The notes under the pieces: model-generated
The model's input: the letters and a program-made list of their open reading frames with translations, nothing else
The model's database searches: none
Told to the model about the DNA's origin: nothing
Shown here: one piece after another, positions 21,754 through 32,133 of the stretch
Layout of the letters: every line of letters begins with the position of its first letter
Position numbering within the stretch: position 1 is the first letter of the stretch
Translations under genes and position numbers: made by a program
Virus record (IMG/VR): IMGVR_UViG_3300009688_000445
Source: an uncultured virus (IMG/VR IMGVR_UViG_3300009688_000445)
Lineage: Duplodnaviria; Heunggongvirae; Uroviricota; Caudoviricetes
Length of the DNA: 64,000 nucleotides
Direction: 5' to 3' (one strand)

Positions 21754-23361
21754 TTATATAAAGTTGTAGAATATTACATTACTTTTTGAAGTTTGTAGTC
21801 TAAATTCTTTAAAATTATCTAAAGAATTCCTGTACTTACATTTGCAGGATTTGAAAAAATTAAATGCTTTTTGCCAAGTTAAATCTTCAATTGCTAAATT
21901 TAAAATGTTTTTTGAATTACTTCCAGTCATATCTTGAACATCTCTCATTTGATTTTTAATCAAATTACTCATAGTGTCAAGATCCTTGAAAGTTAATTCT
22001 GGAAAAAATTTACCTTTTTCAAACTTGTAAATTCCTCTTCTACAAATTTCCAAAGAGGCACTTACAGGATCGAAAAAAGTATGTTGAATATTACCAATAA
22101 AGCTTGAATATGCAGGCATTACTTCTATTTTGTGAATTCCTAGTGAATTACAATATTTATTTATTAAACTAGTTGTTAATGTTCTGTGCCAAATATTTTT
22201 TATCTTTCTATTAAATTCTCTATTTTCTTGATTTATAGTTTTTTCGTTAAATTGTAATTCTTCACAAACAAAATAAGCTACTTTATAGTGAATTGCTTTT
22301 TTAAATAAATCTTTCCAAACAATAGAAATTTCATATTTTCTTTTATTATTTTGATACTTTTGTTTTTCGTCTTCAGAAGATATTTTTAACTTTACAGAAA
22401 GTTTAGATAGATCATAACATCCCTTATTTATAATTTTAGTTGTATCTTTTAATTTATCACAGATACACCAACCAATATATTGTGGATTTAAATCAACTGC
22501 AAGATATCTATTTCTTTTTTTATTCTTTAATTTTCTTTCTTTCTGTTCTTGATAAAATTCTTTTGTTATTTGTTTTCTTACTTCTTTATTTTCTTTTGGA
22601 ATCTTGCTAAGTTCTCTTAACCAAGAATTTTTATTAAAAGCAAATCCATTTAACAACTCTTCATCAAAAGTTAACCAAATAAATTCAGTTGAAATTCTAA
22701 CAGATATAGGAATTTTATTTTGATTTATTAAATACTGAAGTTTTGTTAATTCAGTTTTTTGTTTCTTAGAACATTTAAATTCGATCCAACACTTTTCTGC
22801 TAGTGTTGGTTTAAAAAGAATTTTTTGATTTTCAAGATCAAAATCTACCTTTTCATTCCCTGAATGATATGCTGCTCCATGTAGATAAATTGATCGTATT
22901 CGATTTTTCTTATATTCTTCTTTAAGTAGATATATATCTTCTTTATTATTAGATTTTGTATCATTCGATAGAACTGATATTCTTTGAAGAAGAGTTTTTC
23001 CACCTAAAACTATATCTTTTGAAAGGGAGTTTTCTAATTCTTGAAGTTTTTTAGTTAGTTTAAATTTTCTAGTTTTATTTGTACAGTTGTTTAGTTCTTC
23101 TTTAATATTTTCTTGTTTTTCTATATTTTGATTTTTAAAAGTAATAACTTGTTTAACTTTAGTTTCTATTTCTTCATTTAAACTAGAATAAATATAATCA
23201 TTGATTTTAAACTTTTTCTTTATTTTATTTTTGAAATCTTTGTTAGTTAAAAGTTTATAATTTTTAAACATTTTTCTATAAGCATAGGAATATCTATTTT
23301 GATATTCTTTTATCAAATCTATATTATCTGTTTTATGTATTTTTAATTTATAAGTTATCAT
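21754..23361 (-). mobile_element. tnpB: TnpB-like (IS200/IS605 OrfB-related) RuvC nuclease, without tnpA
   Basis: RuvC-I YLAVDLNP, RuvC-II VCEELQF, RuvC-III EVMPAYSSFIG..FDPVSASLEICRRG; very Lys/Asn-rich and more AT-rich than its flanks. Confidence 0.75.
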
Positions 23362-23400
23362 AAGTTTTATTTAGGAAATAATAATTCTTAAATAAAACTT
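23362..23400. promoter_or_regulatory. 16-bp hairpin abutting the tnpB start (possible IS left-end hairpin)
   Basis: AAGTTTTATTTAGGAA-7 nt-TTCTTAAATAAAACTT, 15 of 16 positions complementary. Confidence 0.5.
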
Positions 23401-23448
23401 TTAATATAGTTTTTACAGATTTTGTAAAATTTTAGATTGTTTAGATTA

Positions 23449-24111
23449 TTATGAGGGTATAATTAGCTGTTTAGAGGTATCACCTGAATCTATCCATTGT
23501 ATTATTCTAGGTATTTTAGATCTAATTTCAAAGAAATTACACCAATCTTGTAATCTAAGTAATCTTCTCTTCACATCATTTATACTTTCTTGCGTAGGAG
23601 GAGTCATTCTGCATAAAGCACCTTTAGTGCCGTCTAGCTTTATCATTTTCCAATATCTACCACGTAATCTATTAGTAAGATGTGAAGGTTTAGTTATATC
23701 TTTAGGAAGCATAAATCTAATTAATTCAAAATCACATGAGAAACTATGAAAATTATGAATTGTACATCTTCCATTAGTTTTATCTAATTGTTCGCATCTA
23801 TCTGAATATTTAACAGTTCTTTTAACAGCTTTAAGGGTATATGTTTTATTATTAAAATCTACTGGTTTATCTATTACTTCAATACTGGGAGGTGTTTGTT
23901 CTGAAGGTAGATAATCTATAGAAACAAATCTACAACATGCTCCGCAGTTTTCTGGGCAAGTAAAACCGCGCAAAAGACCAGGAGAAACAGTAAGCGTAAT
24001 AGGATGATATTCTTGTCCCTGATATACAAATGGAACTTCAGTTACAGAACTGAAAAATTGAGTTATTATTCTAGGTATTGAGTCATTTTCTTTTGAATAA
24101 TTTGAATTCAT
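23449..24111 (-). CDS. YkgJ-like cysteine-cluster (Fe-S/Zn) protein
   Basis: CPENCGACC ... CEQLD..GRCTIH..SC pattern. Confidence 0.6.
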   Translation of the reverse strand: MNSNYSKENDSIPRIITQFFSSVTEVPFVYQGQEYHPITLTVSPGLLRGFTCPENCGACCRFVSIDYLPSEQTPPSIEVIDKPVDFNNKTYTLKAVKRTVKYSDRCEQLDKTNGRCTIHNFHSFSCDFELIRFMLPKDITKPSHLTNRLRGRYWKMIKLDGTKGALCRMTPPTQESINDVKRRLLRLQDWCNFFEIRSKIPRIIQWIDSGDTSKQLIIPS

Positions 24112-24152
24112 TTCTTTTCCTTTAGTAAATAAATATATTATAGTAATATCAT

Positions 24153-24173
24153 CCTGCTTATAAAATAAGCAGG
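24153..24173. promoter_or_regulatory. Perfect 9-bp inverted repeat next to the putative origin
   Basis: CCTGCTTAT-AAA-ATAAGCAGG within an extremely AT-rich intergenic tract. Confidence 0.5.
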
Positions 24174-24224
24174 TACTATATTTTACTCTATATTTATATT
24201 CTCTATATATTCTCTATTATATAG

Positions 24225-24312
24225 AACCAAGGCGTTTGCCTTGTTTAACCAAGGCGGGCACGCTGTTTAACCAAGGCGTTTGCCTTGTTTAACCAAGGCG
24301 TTTGCCTTGTTT
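24225..24312. repeat. Four tandem 22-bp repeats (iteron-like, candidate replication origin)
   Basis: AACCAAGGCGTTTGCCTTGTTT at 24225, 24269 and 24291; variant AACCAAGGCGGGCACGCTGTTT at 24247; internal palindrome CAAGGC-N4-GCCTTG. Confidence 0.9.
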
Positions 24313-24967
24313 ACATTGATTGTTCTTTATGATAAATAGATATAAGTTTATCATTCTTTTTTCTTTTTAATGTTAATTCTAAAGATTTTTTACGATCTTC
24401 TTCTATATCCTTTTCTTTCTGTAATTCTTGTAATTTTTTAGCTACTACTTCCTCTTTAATACATCTTTCTTTATCTAAACTCGATATGTATTCATCTTTA
24501 AATAACGATGGAAATAAATCTATATATACTTCTTCTAAAGGAAAATTAATAGTTAATAAACTTCCTATAATTCTTTTAATATTTACTCTATATTCATAAG
24601 TATTTTTACTTTGTGCAGAATACTGTTTAGATTTTCTTCTTTTAATATATCCTAAATAAGTTAGTTCTGTTAATTCTTTACGTATTGTTGCTTCATCAGA
24701 CTTTAGCATAGTTTCTTGTTTAAATATATTACCTGATTTATGTATCCAGCAACATTCTTTGATTTCTTTATCAGTAAATTCCTCTTCAAGATATTCTTGT
24801 ATTTCTTTTTCTTTAAATCCTCTATCTGTCCAATATAATAAATGATTTAACAAAATTGCTTTATTATTAGACCCACTAATATCTATTAACTCTTTTCGTA
24901 TAACGGTTACTGGCCATTTTTTAAAATGATTTTGTTGTAATTTTTTTGTTTTTTTCTTATCCTGCAT
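24311..24967 (-). CDS. Putative replication initiator (winged-HTH, phage replisome-organiser-like)
   Basis: KAILLNHLLYW..WIHKS..ETML.SDEATIRKELTELTYLGYI..YRVN pattern; its stop codon overlaps the repeat array. Confidence 0.65.
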   Translation of the reverse strand: MQDKKKTKKLQQNHFKKWPVTVIRKELIDISGSNNKAILLNHLLYWTDRGFKEKEIQEYLEEEFTDKEIKECCWIHKSGNIFKQETMLKSDEATIRKELTELTYLGYIKRRKSKQYSAQSKNTYEYRVNIKRIIGSLLTINFPLEEVYIDLFPSLFKDEYISSLDKERCIKEEVVAKKLQELQKEKDIEEDRKKSLELTLKRKKNDKLISIYHKEQSM

Positions 24968-25047
24968 ATACTCTCTCTTTTTATTATATGTATAGTATAA
25001 ATATAAATATATAGAAAAACTATAAAATTCTATATATATTATACCAT

Positions 25048-25554
25048 ATGAAAACTATTACTACTGAATTTAAAGAATTATGTATTTCTAAGCTAGGTCA
25101 AAATAATGGAGAAAGAGTATACTTTTTTTATATGAAATTATCTAAAAAAAGTTATTCTACTGAAAAAGGTTTAAATTTAACTACAAGAAGATCTAAAAGC
25201 TTAAATTATTTATTAGATAATTATGGAGAAGAAGCTCTTTTAAAAACGATCGATATTTTTGAAAAGAAAATAGAGTCTGGTTCTGCTACGGTTTTAACTA
25301 TACCTTATTTTAATAAATGTGTTGAAAATTACAAACCAGAGATTTCTGTTCAATCTAATCCTTTATTTAATTCACAAGGATCACAAGAACAAATTTATCC
25401 TATAAAACTTAAACAACTATATGATAATCCAATTGAAGCATTAAAATGGTTATATAAATGCTCAGGATGTAATACAGAATTTGATGGATTTAATGAAACA
25501 TGCCCTAGTTGTAAGAAACTAATTAATTGGAAACTGGTTATTAACAATGTTTAA
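25048..25554 (+). CDS. Hypothetical protein with C-terminal Zn ribbon
   Basis: CSGC..CPSC; first gene of the plus-strand arm. Confidence 0.7.
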   Translation: MKTITTEFKELCISKLGQNNGERVYFFYMKLSKKSYSTEKGLNLTTRRSKSLNYLLDNYGEEALLKTIDIFEKKIESGSATVLTIPYFNKCVENYKPEISVQSNPLFNSQGSQEQIYPIKLKQLYDNPIEALKWLYKCSGCNTEFDGFNETCPSCKKLINWKLVINNV

Positions 25555-25792
25555 AATCATCTCTAAAAGACAATATGAATTATATTCTAAGCTAGAACAA
25601 AGCATTGATTTACTCTTGCAACAACCACCAGATCCTTTACTTGCAGAAGATATGGATGAAGAACCTATTTCTACATCCCAACGAATAGATTTACTAAAAA
25701 TTTTTTATAAGAGATTAACTCTTGGAATTTATGGAAGTTCTTTGAAAAATAAGTTATTTAATTCTTCTCCAAAATCTAAGGATATTAAATGA
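25547..25792 (+). CDS. Hypothetical protein
   Basis: 81 aa, overlap-coupled on both sides. Confidence 0.6.
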   Translation: MFKIISKRQYELYSKLEQSIDLLLQQPPDPLLAEDMDEEPISTSQRIDLLKIFYKRLTLGIYGSSLKNKLFNSSPKSKDIK

Positions 25793-26907
25793 TTTTATTC
25801 TTTGCAGATCTACATTTAGGTATTAAAACTTACTCTTCTTATGATAATAAAGGACTAACTACCGCTGAATACGAAGCTAGAAAAGTCTTAGAAGCAATTT
25901 ATTCTAGATCACAAGCTTCTGATATTACATCAATTATTTGTGGTGGTGATTTCTTTCATACTAACCAACCTAGTTCAGAAAATATAAGTTTTGCTATTTC
26001 TTGGTTTCTTAAAATGGATAAGTTAAATAAACCATTTTATATTATACCTGGAAATCACGATGCAGCACTATATTCTAATAGCTTAATATTCTTAAATTCT
26101 TTGAATACTAAAAATATTAAACTTATTCTTCAACCTACAGAGTATAAATGGAATGAATGGAATCTTAATTTTATTCCATATATTTATTCTGATACTATGA
26201 AGAGTAAAGAAAAAGAATTTGAATCTAATATTTTACAAGCTATATCTTCTGCAGATACTAAAACTATTATAATATCTCACATTCAAGAATGTACTGCAAA
26301 AATAGGAACTGAATCTATAATGATATCAAAAGGTGTAGATATTATTGACATAAATAATATTCATTATTCTAAAGATTTATATTTACTTTCTGGTCACATG
26401 CACAAACAGCAATCATATAAAAAAGGACATATGACAGTTGCTTATCCAGGAAGTTGTTTTTACCAAGACATAACAGATTGTAATATATTAAAAGGATTTT
26501 TATTATTTAATGCACAAGGTAATATTTCTTTTGAAGAAATATCTTCTATTAGAAAGTTTATTTCTATTTATATTCCTAAAGATATGGATTATGAAAGAAT
26601 TATTGAAATGCGAAGATTACAAAATAATTCTGTAATTTTTCTTTCTTTAGAACAAGAAAAAGATATAAATACAGAAGACCATATTAAACAATTATTATCT
26701 ATTAAGAATTGCTTACTTGGTAATATAAAGTGGAATCAAAGTGCTTCTTCAGATGAAATTATATCTTCTTTTTTAACAAATTGTGATCCCTATCTACTGC
26801 TAAAAGAAGATATTGATAGTAAAGAAGATTTATCTATGGATATAAAGAAAGATTTAATTAATAAAGGTTTTTCTTATCTAGATTTAATTACTGGTAATAC
26901 ACGTTGA
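25789..26907 (+). CDS. sbcD: SbcD/Mre11-like metallophosphoesterase nuclease
   Basis: DLH, GDFFH, PGNHD, SH, GHMH and YPGS motifs. Confidence 0.9.
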   Translation: MILFFADLHLGIKTYSSYDNKGLTTAEYEARKVLEAIYSRSQASDITSIICGGDFFHTNQPSSENISFAISWFLKMDKLNKPFYIIPGNHDAALYSNSLIFLNSLNTKNIKLILQPTEYKWNEWNLNFIPYIYSDTMKSKEKEFESNILQAISSADTKTIIISHIQECTAKIGTESIMISKGVDIIDINNIHYSKDLYLLSGHMHKQQSYKKGHMTVAYPGSCFYQDITDCNILKGFLLFNAQGNISFEEISSIRKFISIYIPKDMDYERIIEMRRLQNNSVIFLSLEQEKDINTEDHIKQLLSIKNCLLGNIKWNQSASSDEIISSFLTNCDPYLLLKEDIDSKEDLSMDIKKDLINKGFSYLDLITGNTR

Positions 26908-28997
26908 TTATACAAGAGATTATTTTAAAAGGCTTCGGTTCTTACCGTGATTTAACTCATATTAAAATACCACTAGGTTTAACTGGTATTGTAGGTTCTT
27001 ATTGTAGTAATGAAGTTAAATCTGTAGGTGCAGGTAAAACTACTATTGTATCTGCTTTAAACTATGCATTTTTTGGAAAAGGTGAATTTGATAAGATAGA
27101 AGAAATAATTAATGATCAATTATCACCTAAAGATGGATTTTTTGTTAAAGTTATTTTTTCTCAAGGTAATACTGTTTATGAAGTAGAAAGAGGAAAGAAT
27201 CCAGATTCTTATTTAGAGTTTACTGAAAATGGAATTTCTAGAGGAGATCCTAAGATAGATAAAAGAACAGAAGAAATTCAGAAAGTAATTGGTATGGATT
27301 ATCAAATGTTCACAGCTTCTATTTTCTTTGAACAAGATAGATTAAATAAACTTGTAGATACAGATCCTTCTACTAGGAGAAATTATATTGAAAAAGTTTT
27401 AGGTATAGATATTTGGTCTTCTGCTTCTAAACTTATAATAAAAGATAAAAATTCTATTAAAAAAGATCTAGAGTCTTTATCTGAATCTATTTCTTCTCTA
27501 AATCTACTTATAAATGATTATACTATTCAGATATCTAATTTAGAAGATATTGCTAAAGATCTTTCTTATAAAGAAATTAGAAAACAAGAATTATTAGAAA
27601 AGCTTACATCTTTACAAGATTTTAAAAATAATAGGGAATTATTAAGAGATTATACCTCAGAAAAGCATGTTATTGAAACTAAGAAACAATATTATTCTAG
27701 TAAATTAGAACAACTAGCTTTACAAGATGCTAATGACGCAAAAGAATTACTCCCTTTAGAAAAAAAATTAGTAATATGCAATCAGGATTTACTGAAAATA
27801 AAACAAGAAAGAAGTAAATTAAAAGTAGATTTAGATATAGTAAATATTGCTGTAGAAAAACTTAATGAAGAAATTCATTCTTTAACTTCAGATTTAGCAG
27901 GGCATAATGTTGCATTAAATCATTTAAGGCAGTTAAAAAAAGAACTAAAGGAAGGTATTTGTCCAACTTGTACTCAAGAAATCTCAAAAGAATTCATAAT
28001 AGCTAAACATCTTTCCTTAGATAAAGAAATCCAGTGTATAGTAAATAATATTAATAATATTTTTGAAAAACAAGCATTTCTTAAACAAGAGATAGATAAT
28101 TTAAATCAAAAAAATCTAAAGATTTTATTAACAGATAAAGATAAGATATTAGATAATCTTATTAACGAGGAAACAATATTATCTAAACAAATATCTACTA
28201 TAACTTCAAGGATTACAACTAAAGATTCTTTGCATCAAGAATTTTCTGAACATCTAAAAGAATTAGAAGAAAAAGAAAAATTCATAGATTTAAAAATTGC
28301 AGAACTTGAAAAATTACTTACTTCTTCTATTAGTATAGAAATACTTTCAGATTTAGAAAAAGAATCTAGAGAAATAGAAGAAAGTATTAATAAATTACAT
28401 CAAGATATAGGTAGATTAAATAAAATACGAGAAGATCTTGTTATATTACAAACAGAAAAAGATGTAAAAGAAAAAACTTTAAAAGAAAAAGAACAAGATT
28501 TTTCTATCTCCAAAATTCTAGAAGAAGAATTTACAAGAATACCAAGCAGTATTTTAACATCTTCTGTTTCTTGTATAGAAAAAGAAGCAGGTAATATTAT
28601 TCATTCATTTTTTCCTGAAATGAATATTATAGTTCAAGAAGATCTAACTAAAGTTAATAAACCTCTTCAAGTATTTTTTACTATAGATGGAAAAAGAAGA
28701 AATTATAAAAGATTATCAGGTGGTCAACGTACTATAGCTAATCTGGCATTAAGGTTAGGTTTTTCTAAAGTTATTTCATCCAGAGTAGGTGTGCAATTAA
28801 ATTTTCTAATTTTAGATGAGCCTTTTGCTTTTCTAGATAATCATAATAGAGAAATCGTGAAAAAAATATTAATGGAACTTAAAAAATCGTTTTCTCAAAT
28901 CATTGTTATATCACATGTGGATAATATCCAAGATTTTCCTAATTTGATAAAAGTAATGATGGGAGAAGATGGTGTGAGTAGAATATCTACTAATTAA
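26904..28997 (+). CDS. sbcC: SbcC/Rad50-like SMC ATPase
   Basis: Walker A GAGKTT, Zn hook CPTC, signature LSGGQ, Walker B LDEPF, ISH. Confidence 0.9.
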   Translation: MIIQEIILKGFGSYRDLTHIKIPLGLTGIVGSYCSNEVKSVGAGKTTIVSALNYAFFGKGEFDKIEEIINDQLSPKDGFFVKVIFSQGNTVYEVERGKNPDSYLEFTENGISRGDPKIDKRTEEIQKVIGMDYQMFTASIFFEQDRLNKLVDTDPSTRRNYIEKVLGIDIWSSASKLIIKDKNSIKKDLESLSESISSLNLLINDYTIQISNLEDIAKDLSYKEIRKQELLEKLTSLQDFKNNRELLRDYTSEKHVIETKKQYYSSKLEQLALQDANDAKELLPLEKKLVICNQDLLKIKQERSKLKVDLDIVNIAVEKLNEEIHSLTSDLAGHNVALNHLRQLKKELKEGICPTCTQEISKEFIIAKHLSLDKEIQCIVNNINNIFEKQAFLKQEIDNLNQKNLKILLTDKDKILDNLINEETILSKQISTITSRITTKDSLHQEFSEHLKELEEKEKFIDLKIAELEKLLTSSISIEILSDLEKESREIEESINKLHQDIGRLNKIREDLVILQTEKDVKEKTLKEKEQDFSISKILEEEFTRIPSSILTSSVSCIEKEAGNIIHSFFPEMNIIVQEDLTKVNKPLQVFFTIDGKRRNYKRLSGGQRTIANLALRLGFSKVISSRVGVQLNFLILDEPFAFLDNHNREIVKKILMELKKSFSQIIVISHVDNIQDFPNLIKVMMGEDGVSRISTN

Positions 28998-29013
28998 TTA
29001 AGGAGCAGTACAA

Positions 29014-30432
29014 ATGATATTAACTAAATTATATGAGGAGTTTCTTAAAAATACAAATCTAACAGACTCTACTTATAAAACAACCTTCGTTAGAATTCAA
29101 GATATATTTGATTACCTAAATCAGATTTCTTTTAAAACATTTAAGTATACATTAAACGACGATTCTTTTATATATGATTTCGAAGAATCCTCGTCTAAAG
29201 TTCCTTCTTATGTGATTGAAACGATGAAGAATATGTTTGATAAATTCTTCTCTTTTCCTGTAGGAACTTCCATAACTTTAGAAGTATACTACAACAATTT
29301 AGTTTATCGTGTGGTACACGAAGACGGTAGAATTATAATTCCACCACAATTAGAGTTTATGGAAAAATATAAGCTATTTCCTTTCTTTATTGCTACATTA
29401 CAAGAAAAAGACGCATACGATACTTTTGAATATCTTTTTAGATTTTTATATATCAAAGAAGCACAAAAGAATTCATTTACACCTTTAAGAAATTTGTTTG
29501 AAAGAAAAGATGCAATACAGGAAATAGATGATGGAGAAATATCTGAAAAATCTATTAGTTCTTATAGCCTAGTAATAGAAGATTTGCAAGATAATAAAGA
29601 AAAAATTATAAAACAAATAGAAAAGAATAAAAAGAAACGAGAAGAACTACGTGATTTGAAGAATAATTTAATTCAATTCGCCCATTTTAAAGATAAGTAC
29701 GAATTAGAGTATAATTCTCTAACAGACGATTTTAAATATCTTAAAGAACAAAAAAATAGTTATCTAAAAAAATATCAAGAAATCCTAGAACTTATTAAAG
29801 AAATAGACGGTCATTTATCTGATATTAATGCAGCAGAAGAAAAAGATAATACACAACTCAAATATTACCTAGATCAAAAGAAATTTTTACAAGATAAAGG
29901 TGCTATGTTTACTAATACTATAAAAGAATTAGGAGATATGCAAGAAACAACTAAATTTAGATTAGAAGAATTAGATGTTACATTTCAAAAATATAAATCT
30001 TTTAATTTACAAGATTTAGATAAGCTTTCTAAAGATTTAGAAAAGTTGGAAATTAAAGAAGAAAAATTACATATGTCTCTTATAGAAATAGACGGTAATA
30101 TAAAACATGCAAAAGAAGCACAAAATGATACTGCAATAAAACTAGAAAAATCTAGTTATGCGGATCACGTAGTAAATAGTAGTATGATACAAGCAATACC
30201 TGATTTTCTTGCTAAACCTGATTTTCCACAATCTGTAACAATTGTTAGAAACTATCTAAAACAATATTTTGTATATCTTTGTGAAAAAGCTATTCAAGAA
30301 TTGGATATTAAAGAATTAACTACTTCTATTATATTTAATATATTAAGAGACAGTTTTGGATTTAATCCTTTAATATTATTTTCAGCAGAAGAATTAAAAG
30401 GATTTTCTAATATAATTGAGATAGAAAATTAA
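29014..30432 (+). CDS. Long coiled-coil protein
   Basis: 472 aa with a heptad-rich central region and no intact Walker motifs. Confidence 0.7.
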   Translation: MILTKLYEEFLKNTNLTDSTYKTTFVRIQDIFDYLNQISFKTFKYTLNDDSFIYDFEESSSKVPSYVIETMKNMFDKFFSFPVGTSITLEVYYNNLVYRVVHEDGRIIIPPQLEFMEKYKLFPFFIATLQEKDAYDTFEYLFRFLYIKEAQKNSFTPLRNLFERKDAIQEIDDGEISEKSISSYSLVIEDLQDNKEKIIKQIEKNKKKREELRDLKNNLIQFAHFKDKYELEYNSLTDDFKYLKEQKNSYLKKYQEILELIKEIDGHLSDINAAEEKDNTQLKYYLDQKKFLQDKGAMFTNTIKELGDMQETTKFRLEELDVTFQKYKSFNLQDLDKLSKDLEKLEIKEEKLHMSLIEIDGNIKHAKEAQNDTAIKLEKSSYADHVVNSSMIQAIPDFLAKPDFPQSVTIVRNYLKQYFVYLCEKAIQELDIKELTTSIIFNILRDSFGFNPLILFSAEELKGFSNIIEIEN

Positions 30433-30433
30433 C

Positions 30434-30820
30434 ATGAATTTTGAGATACGAAAAGCATTTTCTTTTCTAAAGAAGTTTAAGAAATTAAAAAATCAAATAG
30501 AAGTATCTAATCAACACACTCAAGCTATAAATGAACAAAAAGAAAAGTTAGATCTATTTGAATTTGAAATTCTAAAAGAAAAATCTGAAGAGTATTATAT
30601 ATCTTTTCAAGATTTTCTTTTCTTTATAGAAAACGAACAATATTCGTTAAGAGATATTTTGTCTAGATTTAAGCATATAGGCGAATTAGATAAAAAGAAA
30701 TTTTCTTATCTTGAAGCTTATGCTATACCAACAGAAGATGGAATTTTATTAACAACTAATCAACCTGAGGGAAAGAAAGTAAACAAAGTAAAAATTGTTT
30801 CCTGTTCTACAAAACAATGA
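30434..30820 (+). CDS. Hypothetical protein
   Basis: 128-aa ORF in the operon. Confidence 0.65.
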   Translation: MNFEIRKAFSFLKKFKKLKNQIEVSNQHTQAINEQKEKLDLFEFEILKEKSEEYYISFQDFLFFIENEQYSLRDILSRFKHIGELDKKKFSYLEAYAIPTEDGILLTTNQPEGKKVNKVKIVSCSTKQ

Positions 30821-31644
30821 ATAAAGAATTAGAAGTTAAAGAAGCTGAAATTATTGAACAATCTATAGATTCAACAGCTGTAGTACCTGCATGTTCTTCT
30901 GCAGTAAGTGTATCTAACTCACAAGATACACTAGAGGATCTATATGGATACTATGCAGGTGGTAAATCGCATCTTTGTCCTATCTGTCAAAAATCTAATC
31001 ATATGGAAATCAATCTTCTTCGTGCTAGAGATCATTTAAGTTATGATGAAATAGCTAGAAGAATGAAATCTGCTGCAGTAACACCTTCTAATCTAGAAAA
31101 ACATTTTAAAAATCATTTTATAATTGCGGAAAGGCAAAGAAAACTTATAGCATTAAAAGAGGATAGCACTAGTTCTGCAGATCTTGCTTTGGTGAATAAA
31201 ATCTTTGAAGGAGAAATGGATATCTTTGCTGCTACACAAGCAATTCTAGAATCTAAATCTAGAAGGCATTTAGCAGTAATGAATAGATTAGAATTTTTAA
31301 AAGCGCATTTAGAAGTAGATACTGCTGATGATATAGATAAACAAGAATTTATTCAATTAAATAAAACAGCGGGTGAAATAGAGGATTCAATGGAGAAGAT
31401 AGTCTCGTTACGAGATAAAAAATTATTTCCTGCTTCTCAAGTAGAATTATCCAATGCTATACTCAAATGGAAATTAAATACTTTTGCTAAATTAATAGAT
31501 AGTTTGCAATTTGCACTTCTTAAACTAGAAAAAGATCCAAGACATACTTTAATTATTGCAGAAATAAGATCAGAATTAGCAAAAAATTTAAGTCCAATAG
31601 AAGATGAAATATTAAGATCCGGTGGAATATTAGGTAACAAGTAG
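30817..31644 (+). CDS. Zn-finger/HTH protein (possibly terminase-small-subunit-like)
   Basis: CPIC..SYDEIARRM..LEKHFKNH followed by helical/coiled region. Confidence 0.5.
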   Translation: MNKELEVKEAEIIEQSIDSTAVVPACSSAVSVSNSQDTLEDLYGYYAGGKSHLCPICQKSNHMEINLLRARDHLSYDEIARRMKSAAVTPSNLEKHFKNHFIIAERQRKLIALKEDSTSSADLALVNKIFEGEMDIFAATQAILESKSRRHLAVMNRLEFLKAHLEVDTADDIDKQEFIQLNKTAGEIEDSMEKIVSLRDKKLFPASQVELSNAILKWKLNTFAKLIDSLQFALLKLEKDPRHTLIIAEIRSELAKNLSPIEDEILRSGGILGNK

Positions 31645-31653
31645 GTATTAATT

Positions 31654-32088
31654 ATGGCAAAGAACTCAATTGATGCAATTATAAACGATGCTTCTATGGC
31701 TACTATATATCTTCAAGCTTTATTATCTAATAAATCCAAATCTGAAAGTCAAAGGTTGTCAGAAAGTATTGAAGAACTTTTAGCAGATATTCTTGTTCAA
31801 GCACAAATAGCACTACAACATCTTATAGACAGAGAAAACGCAATACAAAAACTTCAAGGTACTATTATTGGTATAGAAGATGAATTAGATAGCGAAGAAT
31901 ATGCAGCAAAGGAAAGGCCTACACCTAGAAACAAAACTCCAAGAGTTGCTTCACCTGTAAGTAGACCTAATTATTTTCAACAAGAATTTGTTGCTGAAGA
32001 ACCCAAGCAAGAACAACAAGAAAACTCTACGAATAAACCCTCGTATTTAGTCAATATTTCTGAAAAAGAATCAACTACTAAACCTTAA
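31654..32088 (+). CDS. Hypothetical protein
   Basis: 144 aa, coiled N-half and disordered C-half. Confidence 0.65.
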   Translation: MAKNSIDAIINDASMATIYLQALLSNKSKSESQRLSESIEELLADILVQAQIALQHLIDRENAIQKLQGTIIGIEDELDSEEYAAKERPTPRNKTPRVASPVSRPNYFQQEFVAEEPKQEQQENSTNKPSYLVNISEKESTTKP

Positions 32089-32133
32089 TTTTTATCGAAA
32101 CTATTTATTATTTTAAAACAGTAATGAATAGTT

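Noticed and set aside
24225..24312. CRISPR array for the nearby TnpB-like nuclease
   Set aside because: The repeats are directly tandem with no spacers.
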